From assembly GCA_964291605.2 (NCBI GenBank), contig OZ219745.1, positions 5,001,934 through 5,065,933 of the forward strand: 64,000 nt of DNA. The letters are read 5' to 3'. Positions 54,136 through 62,464 of the stretch are shown one piece after another; positions within the stretch are counted from its first letter, which is position 1; each line of letters begins with the position of its first letter. The stretch comes from Vicinamibacterales bacterium. Lineage in GTDB: Bacteria; Acidobacteriota; Vicinamibacteria; Vicinamibacterales; UBA8438. The notes under the pieces were generated by a model, which made no database searches, had not been told where the DNA came from, and saw only the letters and a program-made list of their open reading frames with translations. The position numbers and the translations under genes are program-made.

Positions 54136-54721
54136 CAGTCCGCGGCTACGGGCGGTGGGCAGTCTTCTCGCGTTGATCGTGCTCCTGGGCGGCTCCGCGC
54201 TGGCGCAGGGGCCCACCTACGGCGTGGGGCGGACCCCCACCCCGGAGGAGATCCGTACCTGGGACATCTCCATCGGCCCCACGGGCGAGGAGCTCCCGCC
54301 GGGGAGCGGCACCGCCGCCGAAGGGGCCCGGCTCTATCGGATCCGGTGCGCGGGATGCCACGGCAGAAATCTGGAGGGCGGCCGGGAGCCCCGGCGCGCT
54401 CCCCGGCTGGTGAAGACCGAACCGGGGCGGGATGTCGACCCCTGGGACGCGGGGCGCATCCTGCCGTACCGCTCGCCGTATGCGACGACGGTATGGGACT
54501 ACATCAACCGCGGCATGCCGCTCTACCAGGAGGGGACGCTGACCGCCGACCAGGTGTACGCGCTGACGGCCTTCCTGCTGTTCAGAAACGACGTTATCGC
54601 GGAGGACCTGGTGCTGGACGCCGAGAGCCTGCCGCAGGTCGAGATGCCGAATCGCGATGGATGGGCGCCGCTGCCGGAGTGGAAGCCCGGATCGCCGAGG
54701 CTTCCGGGTTACCCCTTTTAG
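54107..54721 (+). CDS. Mono-haem c-type cytochrome (SoxD/SorB-like partner)
   Basis: Signal peptide. CAGCHG haem site. ...WDYINRGMP...ALTAFLL. It overlaps the end of the molybdoenzyme gene. An alternative start is at 54122. Confidence 0.75.
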   Translation: MGAFTMGAPSSPRLRAVGSLLALIVLLGGSALAQGPTYGVGRTPTPEEIRTWDISIGPTGEELPPGSGTAAEGARLYRIRCAGCHGRNLEGGREPRRAPRLVKTEPGRDVDPWDAGRILPYRSPYATTVWDYINRGMPLYQEGTLTADQVYALTAFLLFRNDVIAEDLVLDAESLPQVEMPNRDGWAPLPEWKPGSPRLPGYPF

Positions 54722-54755
54722 CCGGAAGCACGGACTGCCAGCCAAGGAGAGCAAG

Positions 54756-56618
54756 ATGAGTCTGTCAACCAACCGGAGCGGCCGGATGTCGATTCCGCTC
54801 CTGTCGCTGCTGTGCGTTTTCGCCGTACCGGCGGCCGCGGCCGCCCAGGCGGGCGCGGCGGACGACCCGTCGCAATGGGTCATGCCGAACGCCAACTACG
54901 CGGGCTGGAACTACAGCGCGCTGGATCAGATCAACGTCGACAACGTCGAGCAGCTCACGATGGCGTGGACGATGCAGCTCGGCATCCACGATTCGTACGA
55001 AGCCTCGCCGCTCGTCATCGGCGACACGATGTACATCGTCACCCCGGAGCCGAACTACGTCTACGCGCTCGACCTCGCCCGGGACGGCTTCATCAAGTGG
55101 GAGTTCCGGCCCGAGATCGACGACCCGGAGCTGACACGGAGGAGCGCCTGCTGCGGCGCGCAGACCCGCGGCCTGGGCTATGCCGACGGCCGCATCTACT
55201 TCGTCACCCTCGACGGACAGGTGCACGCGCTCGACGCGGAGACCGGAGAGCAGATCTGGCAGGCCGAGAACGCGAACATCGGGATCGGGGAAACGGTCCC
55301 CGGCATGCCGCTGGTGGTCGGCGACAAGGTCATCGTCGGCGTGGCCGGCGGCGAGCGCGGCGTCCGCGGTCACGTCACCGCCTACAACGTCGACGACGGC
55401 CGGTTCCGGTGGCGGTACTACAGCATGGGGCCGAACAACGAGGTGGGCATCGGGTCCCGCTTCGCCCCCTTCTATCCGGACGACCGGGTCCCGAACCCGG
55501 CGCTCGACACCTGGTCCGGCGACTCCTGGCGGCGCGGCGGCGGCGCCGTCTGGGGCTGGTTCACGTACGACGCGGAGCTGAATCTCTTCTACTACGGCAC
55601 GAGCAACTGCGGCCCGTGGAATCCGGACTACCGCCGGGAGTGGGGCGTGGTCGAGCTCGACGAGGACGGGGGCCTGACCGGCTACCGGAACAACTACTGC
55701 GCGTCGATCCTGGCCCGCGACGCCGACAGCGGAGAGCTCGTCTGGGCCTACAACATGACCCCGCAGGATCAGTGGGACCTCGACGAGCCCAACGTGAACC
55801 TCCTCATCGACCTCGAGATCAACGGCGAGGCGCGCAAGACGCTGGTCCGCCCGGCGCGCAACGGCTATTTCTACGTGTTCGATCGCGCGACCGGGCAGAT
55901 GCTCCTCGAACCCTGGATGTTCGTCTACAACGACATCTTCGACGGCATCAACATGGAAACCGGCCGTCCGCGCTACGACATGACGAAGATGATGTTCACC
56001 GACCTCGAGGATCGGCAGCGGTACCTGCCGGACGCCGACAACGTCGCCATCGGCTGGTGTCCCGGCATCGCCGCCCGGAACTGGCAGAACGACGCGTACT
56101 CCCCGCGCACCGGACTCGTGTACACCCCGACCTCGAACTCCTGCGATCAGTTGAGAATGGTCGAGGGCGAGTACGTACCCGGGAACGACTACACGCTCCG
56201 TGAACGCGGCGGCCGCGCACCGGACCCGCCCAATGCGGAGGTCGTCAACGAGTTGCAGGCCAACGATCCGGTGGCGGGCGAGACCGTCTGGCGGATTCAG
56301 TTCACGACCGCCAACAACGCGCCGGTCATGGCCACCGGCGGGGACCTGCTCTTCCAGGGCGGTCCGAACGAAGGTGTGGTGCGCGCGATCGATGCCCGGA
56401 CCGGGGACATCGTCTGGTCGTTCCAGACCGGCACCGGCTTCCGGAACTCGCCGATCACCTACCTCGGGCCGGACGGCCGGCAGTACGTCGCCATCATCGG
56501 CAGCCAGCGCGCGGGGAGCGTGCAGGTAACCGGCGACACGGAGCCGGATGCGCCCGACCGCTTCCGGCGGGCCGGCAGCGCGCTCTACGTGTTCGCGCTC
56601 CCGCCGGCGCGCGACTGA
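54756..56618 (+). CDS. PQQ-dependent alcohol/methanol dehydrogenase family protein (D-x-D, lanthanide-type signature)
   Basis: Vicinal Cys ring SACCGAQTRG. W-motif blades. WDLDEPN carries Asp two residues after the catalytic Asp. ATG at 54756 after AAGGAGAG. Confidence 0.8.
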   Translation: MSLSTNRSGRMSIPLLSLLCVFAVPAAAAAQAGAADDPSQWVMPNANYAGWNYSALDQINVDNVEQLTMAWTMQLGIHDSYEASPLVIGDTMYIVTPEPNYVYALDLARDGFIKWEFRPEIDDPELTRRSACCGAQTRGLGYADGRIYFVTLDGQVHALDAETGEQIWQAENANIGIGETVPGMPLVVGDKVIVGVAGGERGVRGHVTAYNVDDGRFRWRYYSMGPNNEVGIGSRFAPFYPDDRVPNPALDTWSGDSWRRGGGAVWGWFTYDAELNLFYYGTSNCGPWNPDYRREWGVVELDEDGGLTGYRNNYCASILARDADSGELVWAYNMTPQDQWDLDEPNVNLLIDLEINGEARKTLVRPARNGYFYVFDRATGQMLLEPWMFVYNDIFDGINMETGRPRYDMTKMMFTDLEDRQRYLPDADNVAIGWCPGIAARNWQNDAYSPRTGLVYTPTSNSCDQLRMVEGEYVPGNDYTLRERGGRAPDPPNAEVVNELQANDPVAGETVWRIQFTTANNAPVMATGGDLLFQGGPNEGVVRAIDARTGDIVWSFQTGTGFRNSPITYLGPDGRQYVAIIGSQRAGSVQVTGDTEPDAPDRFRRAGSALYVFALPPARD

Positions 56619-56625
56619 GGCCGGG

Positions 56626-56679
56626 AGCCCGTGGCGAAACCCCGCGTTGCACCGAGTGCGGGGACTTTCGCCACGGGCT
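56626..56679 (+). terminator. Long nested hairpin directly after the PQQ-ADH stop
   Basis: agcccgtggcgaaa / ccccgc / gttgcaccgagt / gcgggg / ac / tttcgccacgggct gives a 14-bp plus 6-bp stem. Confidence 0.5.
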
Positions 56680-56771
56680 GCCGGGTCGGGACGCCCGCGA
56701 CGCGGAGCTCACGAGCGAGTCGAGGGATCCGTCGCGGAGACGCCTCGCGGGAAGGCGCGGGAGGTACCCAC

Positions 56772-58037
56772 ATGGTAGGTCGACGTCGGTTCAACAGGCT
56801 GCTCGCGGGAACGGCCGGCTGGGCTGCCGCGGGGCCGTTCGGCACGGCCGCCGCGCAGGCGCAATCGCAGTCGCGGGGCGCCGTCTATGCCAGCCTGGGC
56901 GCCCGGCTCTACCGGATTCGCCGCGACGGCGATTCCCTGGTCCGGGATCCGCGCCCGCTGATCCTGCCCGCGCAGGTGCAGGAGGGGTGGCAGCATCCGT
57001 CGGGCCGGTACTTCTACATCGCCAGCAGCGACCAGCGCACGTCGACCGCCCGCGTGCGGCATCACTACCTGAACGCGTTCCGGGTGGATTCGTCGGGCGA
57101 TCTCCAACCGTTCGGCGGAGCCGTCGAGCTGCCGCACCGGCCCATCTACATCACCGTCGACCAGCGCGGCGAGTACGTGCTGTCGGCGTACAGCTTTCCG
57201 AGCTCCCTCTCGGTGCACCGGTTGCACGCCGACGGGTCGATCGGCGACATGGTGGAACAGCGCGCGAGCCTGGACGCCGGCTTCTATGCGCACTCCGTGT
57301 ACGTCATGCCCTCCAACCGCGCCGTCCTGCTGCCGGCGCGCGGCAACGAGCCGCAGCCCGGCGTCCACACGGAGGATCCGGGCGGCCTCTTCCTGTACGG
57401 CTTCGAGAACGGCCAGTTGACCAACAAGCAGACGGTGGCGCCCAACGGCGGACTGGCGTACCGCGCGCGGCACGCCGACTTCCATCCGTCGGGCCGCTGG
57501 GTCTACGTCGACCTCGAGACGCAGAACCTGCTCCACACCTACGCCATCCGCGCCGACGACACGCTTTCGGAAGAGCCCCTGTTCGTCAGCACGACGCTGG
57601 CCGCGCCGGAGGCGTATCGCGGCGGGCAGACGACGTCGTCCATCCGCATGCATCCGACCAATGGCCGGACCCTGTACGTGGCGAACCGGGGGCGCGGAAC
57701 GGAGACCTTCCGGGGCGAGTTGGTGGCGAACGGCACGGAAAACACGATTTCGGTGTTCGCCGTGGATCCCGACACCGGCGAGCCGACCCTGATGCAGACC
57801 ATCGACAGCCACAGCATCGCCGTCAGGACGATGGCGTTTCAGCCGGACGGCCGTTCCATGGTCGCCGCGAGCCCGGAGCCGGGACAAGTCCGTACCCAGG
57901 GTCGTCTGGAGACCGTGCCGGCCATGCTGACGCTGTACGACATCGAAGCTGACGGCCGGCTGGCGTTCCGGTCCACCCTGCCGATCGACACGCGGGGCGA
58001 ATCGATGTTCTGGAGCGGCGTCGTCCTCTACTCGTAG
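56772..58037 (+). CDS. Lactonase-family 7-bladed beta-propeller protein, Tat signal
   Basis: RRRFNRLLAG signal. Repeats typical of the 6-phosphogluconolactonase/cycloisomerase-like PF10282 type (HPSGRYFYIAS, HPSGRWVYV, HPTNGRTLYVANRG). Confidence 0.7.
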   Translation: MVGRRRFNRLLAGTAGWAAAGPFGTAAAQAQSQSRGAVYASLGARLYRIRRDGDSLVRDPRPLILPAQVQEGWQHPSGRYFYIASSDQRTSTARVRHHYLNAFRVDSSGDLQPFGGAVELPHRPIYITVDQRGEYVLSAYSFPSSLSVHRLHADGSIGDMVEQRASLDAGFYAHSVYVMPSNRAVLLPARGNEPQPGVHTEDPGGLFLYGFENGQLTNKQTVAPNGGLAYRARHADFHPSGRWVYVDLETQNLLHTYAIRADDTLSEEPLFVSTTLAAPEAYRGGQTTSSIRMHPTNGRTLYVANRGRGTETFRGELVANGTENTISVFAVDPDTGEPTLMQTIDSHSIAVRTMAFQPDGRSMVAASPEPGQVRTQGRLETVPAMLTLYDIEADGRLAFRSTLPIDTRGESMFWSGVVLYS

Positions 58038-58039
58038 TC

Positions 58040-58200
58040 CGCGGCCGTCAGCGACACGCACGACCTCGCCTTGTCGAACGCCACCACCATGGCGTCCGGC
58101 TCGCCGCCCAGCAGCGTGATCAGGAGCTCGCCCTCCACCAGCGGCGAGTGCGCCACGCCGTAGCCCGGCACGGTGACGTCGTAGTCGGCCGCTGTGTCGA
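58040..58200 (-). pseudogene. Isolated single-blade fragment of a PQQ-like/BamB-type beta-propeller gene
   Basis: PGYGVAHSPLVEGELLITLLGGEPDAMVVAFDK resembles one blade of the 36821 gene. No further blades flank it. Confidence 0.4.
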
Positions 58201-58289
58201 TCTGCCGGATCGGCCGTGTGAACGCCTGTAAACGGACCGGAGCACCGCGAAGCGGGCAAGCGCACACCGAGCGAGCGGCGCGACGAATT

Positions 58290-58997
58290 TCAGAAGGTTG
58301 TGTGCAGACTGACCTGGATCTGCCCCTTCGAGCCACCCGGCAACGTCTGGATCATGTAGCCGGCCTGGATCTGGGAACGGTCGCTGACTCCGAAGCCGAG
58401 CGCGGTGTAGAACCGGTTGCGGTCGAAGCGCTCTACATTCCTGCCTCGCCCGATTTCGAGCTCCCCGTTTATGAAGACTTCGTTGTACAGCGCCAGGTAG
58501 ATGGACCTCTCTCCGGTCCCACGTCCATTCAGCGCGACATTGCCGAACAGGGCGTAGCGAAACCGTGTCCGGAAGTCCTGGCCGTAAACCCAACGCTGTT
58601 CGTACCGGTAGCGGTGGCGCAGAGAAACGACCCGTCCCAACTGCTGGCGAACCAACGCCTCCTGATACACGCGTTGCTCTGCGCTGGTCTCGTCGCTGTC
58701 GCCGAAGGCGCCGCTCGTGATGTGCGCCAAACCACCAGTTACCAGTACGGGGGATTCGGGCAGGGCGTAGGTCAGGCCACCCCGGATCAGCAACTGCTCC
58801 AGGTCGGTCCCCATATTCCAGTTGCGGTGCTGCACGTCACCCTGTAATCCCACCGGCGTGTCGTCGAAGCGAGTCGACCAGAACAGCATGTACCAGGCGC
58901 CGAGCTGGTCCCAATCGACCGGCGTCTGCGCCCGGGCCGCACCGGGCAACAGCATCGCGCCGGCGAGAACGAGGGCGCCGATCAATACGCGCAGCAT
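58290..58997 (-). CDS. DUF2490 domain-containing outer-membrane-type protein
   Basis: Signal peptide. ...RHRYRYEQRW...RFRY...LYNEVFIN...NRFY.GFG pattern. The C-terminus is aromatic. Confidence 0.75.
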   Translation of the reverse strand: MLRVLIGALVLAGAMLLPGAARAQTPVDWDQLGAWYMLFWSTRFDDTPVGLQGDVQHRNWNMGTDLEQLLIRGGLTYALPESPVLVTGGLAHITSGAFGDSDETSAEQRVYQEALVRQQLGRVVSLRHRYRYEQRWVYGQDFRTRFRYALFGNVALNGRGTGERSIYLALYNEVFINGELEIGRGRNVERFDRNRFYTALGFGVSDRSQIQAGYMIQTLPGGSKGQIQVSLHTTF

Positions 58998-59001
58998 GGG
59001 G

Positions 59002-59796
59002 TCAGATGAAGCGCACGGCGCCGGTGGAGACGTCGTACATCCCGCCCACGATGCGGATCTCTCGTTCCTGCTCCATCGTGGCCAGTACGGGGCTTTCTCG
59101 GCGAATCTCCGAGATCACCATGCGCACGTTCTCTTCGGCAACCCCGTCGACGTAGTCGGCGTTGTCGACATCGCGCTCGCCCTCGATCGCCTCCACGGCC
59201 GGGTCGATCTTCTGCACGAGCTGCGTGAGATTGCCGAGCCGGGCGCTGCTGATGGCCCCCTTCACGGCGCCGCACGAGGTGTGGCCGAGGACGACCACGA
59301 GCTTCGACCCGGCGAGTCGACAGGCGAATTCCATGCTGCCGAGCAGTTCGGCGTTCACGATGTTGCCGGCGACCCTGGCCGAAAAGATGTCCCCGATCCC
59401 CTGATCGAAGACCGTCTCGATGGGAACTCGGGAATCGATGCACCCGAGCACCACAGCGAACGGGTACTGCGCGGCGGCGGTCGCTCGAATCTGATCGCTG
59501 TAGTCGCGACGGGCAGGTGTCCCGGCGACGAATCTCGCGTTGCCGTCGGCAAGGAGCGTGAGGGCGGCGTCAGGCGTCACGGCAGCCTGCGACGCGGCAT
59601 CCTGGGCCGGCACGAACCCCGGGGGGGCTGCCGCCTCGGCGGGCGCCGAGTCGACCGAGGGCCGAGACGCGGCGCATCCCGCCAGGGCCAGTCCGGTGGC
59701 CGACAGGCCAAGACGTCGTCCAAAAGCTCGGCGCGACGTTGTCGGCAGCGTGCTCGCGGTGCCGGCAGCGGGCACGGGTGTGATCCTGCTGAACAT
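59002..59796 (-). CDS. Beta-class carbonic anhydrase with a Tat/lipoprotein-type signal
   Basis: LGCIDSRVP...GHTSCGAV zinc ligands. SRRAFGRRLGLSATGLALAGC signal. I chose the ATG at 59796 because it follows GAGGAGAAAACGAG. Confidence 0.85.
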   Translation of the reverse strand: MFSRITPVPAAGTASTLPTTSRRAFGRRLGLSATGLALAGCAASRPSVDSAPAEAAAPPGFVPAQDAASQAAVTPDAALTLLADGNARFVAGTPARRDYSDQIRATAAAQYPFAVVLGCIDSRVPIETVFDQGIGDIFSARVAGNIVNAELLGSMEFACRLAGSKLVVVLGHTSCGAVKGAISSARLGNLTQLVQKIDPAVEAIEGERDVDNADYVDGVAEENVRMVISEIRRESPVLATMEQEREIRIVGGMYDVSTGAVRFI

Positions 59797-59867
59797 CTCG
59801 TTTTCTCCTCGCTCCACCGTATGGGCAACGTGTTGGCCACAACGGGAACCAGTGTCTGACGCTTCAC

Positions 59868-60171
59868 ATGTTACCAAAGACCGTTCTGTTCCCGGGTCTG
59901 TCCGGCAAGCCCTTCGGCGCCGTGTTCAACCAGGGACGGGTGCGGCTCTCTGGTCGGCGGTCCGGAAACGTCCGGGAGTCAGAAAGCACCTGGCGGATCC
60001 GGAATCGGCTGGCAGAACAGACTTGCCGACATGCTGGGCTGCAGCAGTGCCATTGGTGCTGACCGGGGAGTGCTCCTCTTCACCGCCGGCGAGGCACTTC
60101 AACCGTGGAGGACCGCGAGAGCGTCGAGACAGGGCCTCCGAATCGTAGCCGACGGCGACCGGTGAAAGTCG
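59868..60171 (+). pseudogene. Possible decayed 5' fragment of an IS1380/IS4-superfamily DDE transposase gene
   Basis: MLPKTVLFPGLSGKPFGAVFNQGRV resembles my recollection of M.PKTVLFPDLFSKPLVATFDQ...SSDGG N-termini. The continuation is only recognisable after frameshifts. It ends at the ISL3 insertion. Confidence 0.3.
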
Positions 60172-60179
60172 CGATTTTC

Positions 60180-61814
60180 GAATCTCCTCAAACGCGTGTG
60201 GGTAGGGGCGGGGCCAGTTCGATGCCGGCGCAGCAGAGAAACAGCATTGAGATGAGCGCGCCGTGCGAGTGGAAGCCGTAGGCGCGACGGGCGATTACCC
60301 GCAGCTTGTTGTTGAAGCCTTCCACCGGCCCGTTGGTCATCTTCGTGTCGAGGTAGGCCAGGATGCCGGCCGCGTGCTTGCGGACCGTCCGTGCCAGCTT
60401 GACGAACGGCGCCAGACGCGACCGCGCCGCCCACGCCAGCCACTGGTCGAGCATGTCGGGCGCCTCGTCCGGCGTGGCCTGCTCGAGGATGATCGCCAGG
60501 TACTCCTTCAACTCGTAGGCGCGGTCGAGGGCACGATTCTGGCGGCGTAGCGCCGCCAGGCGCCGCTTCTCGCCTGGCTTGAGCCGCGCCGGGTGTTTCA
60601 GCAGGCAGAAGCGCGACCCCTTGAGCGTCTTGGCCGCCTTGGCGCCCAGGCGCCGTTGCTCCGCCCGCCGGACCTCGTCGACCGCGTCCGCGGCAAGCCG
60701 TTCCACATGGAACCGGTCGAAGACCACCTCGGCGTGCGGCACCTTTGCCCGCAACGCTTTCTGCCAACTCGCGGCCAGGTCTGCCGTCACCAACACAATC
60801 TGTTCGCAGCCGGACGGTCCCAGCAGGTCGAAGAACTTCTCCAGCGTTTCGGCGCTGCGTCCCCGACCGGCCCACACCACCCGCCGCTTGTCGTGGTCGA
60901 CGACCACCGTCAGATAGTGATGCCGTTTGCGGTAGCTGAACTCGTCGACGCCGATGCGCCGCAGCCCGGCGAGCCGCTCCGGGTCCAGCCGCCGCGACAC
61001 CACCCGCTCGACAATGCTCCCGACCGCCTGCCAGGAAATCCCCAACGCGCGACTGACCGTCGTCCGGTCGGTCACCTGCGCCAGATACGCCGCCAACTCT
61101 TCGAACGGCGCCGAGAACACGCTGCTGCCGGCCGCCCACGGCACCCGCTCCACCCGCACGCCGCACTGCCGGCACGACACCCGCCACGGCGCATACTGCA
61201 GCCACACCGGCGTCCGTCCCCACGGAAGGTGACGCCACTGCCGCAACGGTCGCCGGTCGTAGCGCGGCCTCCGACGGCCGCACCTGCCACACCGCGACCG
61301 CCGCCACGACGGCCGTACCCAGACCGACAACGGGCCGTCGGTCGCGACGTGTGCATCCCGGACGTGCATCTGGGTGACACCCAGCAACCGCCGTAGTAGT
61401 GTGGTCACACGCATGGAGCTCTCCTCCTCGCTGGTCGTCTTGGAACACGCCCAATGAGACCAGGAAGCCCCTGCGTTCTGCAACCGCTTGCGCTGCTCGA
61501 TACCGCGCCCGCCAAGCCCAGCCGAGCGACCCCGGTACGGGCGTTGCGGGTGGTTGTCCGCGACAACGGAGCGGCGCGCCGACGTCGCCTCAGCCAGTAG
61601 ATTGCGGGCCAGCCTTCCGGCTGGCCCGCAAGCGATTCCCGCACGGTCGGTCGCGGCAGTCATCCGGAGGACCGAAACGCAGTGAAGGACCCGCGAAGCG
61701 GGTTGACGGCCGGGACCGACCGTGCGTGGTGAACGCGCTCCGAGCGAAGCGAGGGCCTTATCCGGCCGTCCCGCGGACCGGCCTCAACCCACCCACACCT
61801 CTTTCAGGAGAGCC
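60180..61814 (-). mobile_element. Intact ISL3-family insertion sequence with an 8-bp target-site duplication
   Basis: The direct repeat CGATTTTC occurs at 60172..60179 and 61815..61822. The imperfect 27-bp terminal inverted repeats are GAATCTCCTCAAACGCGTGTGGGTAGG and GGCTCTCCTGAAAGAGGTGTGGGTGGG, matching at 20 of 27 positions. A single transposase ORF lies inside. Confidence 0.85.
60188..61414 (-). CDS. ISL3-family transposase
   Basis: Zinc-ribbon CGRCGRR...CRQCG. IGVDEFSYRKRHHYLTVVVD. NGPVEGFNNKLRVIARRAYGF. ATG at 61414 after GAGGAGGAGAG. Confidence 0.9.
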   Translation of the reverse strand: MRVTTLLRRLLGVTQMHVRDAHVATDGPLSVWVRPSWRRSRCGRCGRRRPRYDRRPLRQWRHLPWGRTPVWLQYAPWRVSCRQCGVRVERVPWAAGSSVFSAPFEELAAYLAQVTDRTTVSRALGISWQAVGSIVERVVSRRLDPERLAGLRRIGVDEFSYRKRHHYLTVVVDHDKRRVVWAGRGRSAETLEKFFDLLGPSGCEQIVLVTADLAASWQKALRAKVPHAEVVFDRFHVERLAADAVDEVRRAEQRRLGAKAAKTLKGSRFCLLKHPARLKPGEKRRLAALRRQNRALDRAYELKEYLAIILEQATPDEAPDMLDQWLAWAARSRLAPFVKLARTVRKHAAGILAYLDTKMTNGPVEGFNNKLRVIARRAYGFHSHGALISMLFLCCAGIELAPPLPTRV

Positions 61815-61832
61815 CGATTTTCTTAGAAAAAG

Positions 61833-61908
61833 TGGTGAGCCGCCAGGGACTCGAACCCCGAACCCGCAGATTAAGAGTCTGCTGCTCTACCAGTTGAGCT
61901 AGCGGCCC
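61833..61908 (-). tRNA. tRNA-Lys: tRNA-Lys (CTT)
   Basis: Hand-folded cloverleaf on the minus strand. The anticodon loop is CTCTTAA. CCA is encoded. The T-rich 3' flank is where the IS sits. Confidence 0.9.
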
Positions 61909-62464
61909 ACACCGTTTGGAATCAACGACTTACGAGAATCCACCGAAGTACTGCCAGCCGGTACTGCCGCGCCAGACGGTGTCGACCCAAGCGGCAGCAC
62001 CTAGAGATCGTAGCATGCCACGTCCGAGAGGATGCGGGACTTCTCCGGTCGGTGGGCCGACCTCGGTGGTCGAGCCAATCTGGCCGCATGCCGCCCTACG
62101 GTGGTCCGCCTGGGCGATGCCGTCCGGCGAAAGCTGCCCGCGGACACGGTCGGCGGGCGGCCGGAGACCACCCTGGTTCGTCGCGAGGTGGTCGGGGACG
62201 GTTGGGAGCTGGGCTCGCCAGACACTCTCCGCGGTCGCGCTCGGCCACGAGCTCGGCGCTGGCCTCGAGGATGTATCGATTCTCCTCGTGAAGTGCTTCG
62301 TCAACTGGCTCCAGCGGTGATGTCCGGTCCTCGTCCTTGGCATCGCCGGCGGTGGAGCGTTGCCCGGCCTGTCTGCGCTCGGGGAAATACGGTCGTCGGA
62401 TCGCAGCGGGCGCGGAACGGACTTGCCGTAGAGACGTGCTCGGAGTCGGTCTTGGCGTCGGCGA

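Noticed and set aside
61916-62343. ORFs 61916..62320 (+), 61930..62343 (-) and 62032..62514 (+) between tRNA-Lys and the large hypothetical gene
   Set aside because: These are mutually overlapping, lack motifs, and have Arg/Pro/Gly-rich composition. I treat them as non-coding or decayed sequence.
62100-62464. Programmed read-through of the TGA at 62465, extending the large ORF by ~120 codons
   Set aside because: The open frame after a stop is compatible with chance in GC-rich DNA, and the extension is low-complexity Pro/Arg/Ala-rich. I mention it only as a possibility under the accessory-segment finding.
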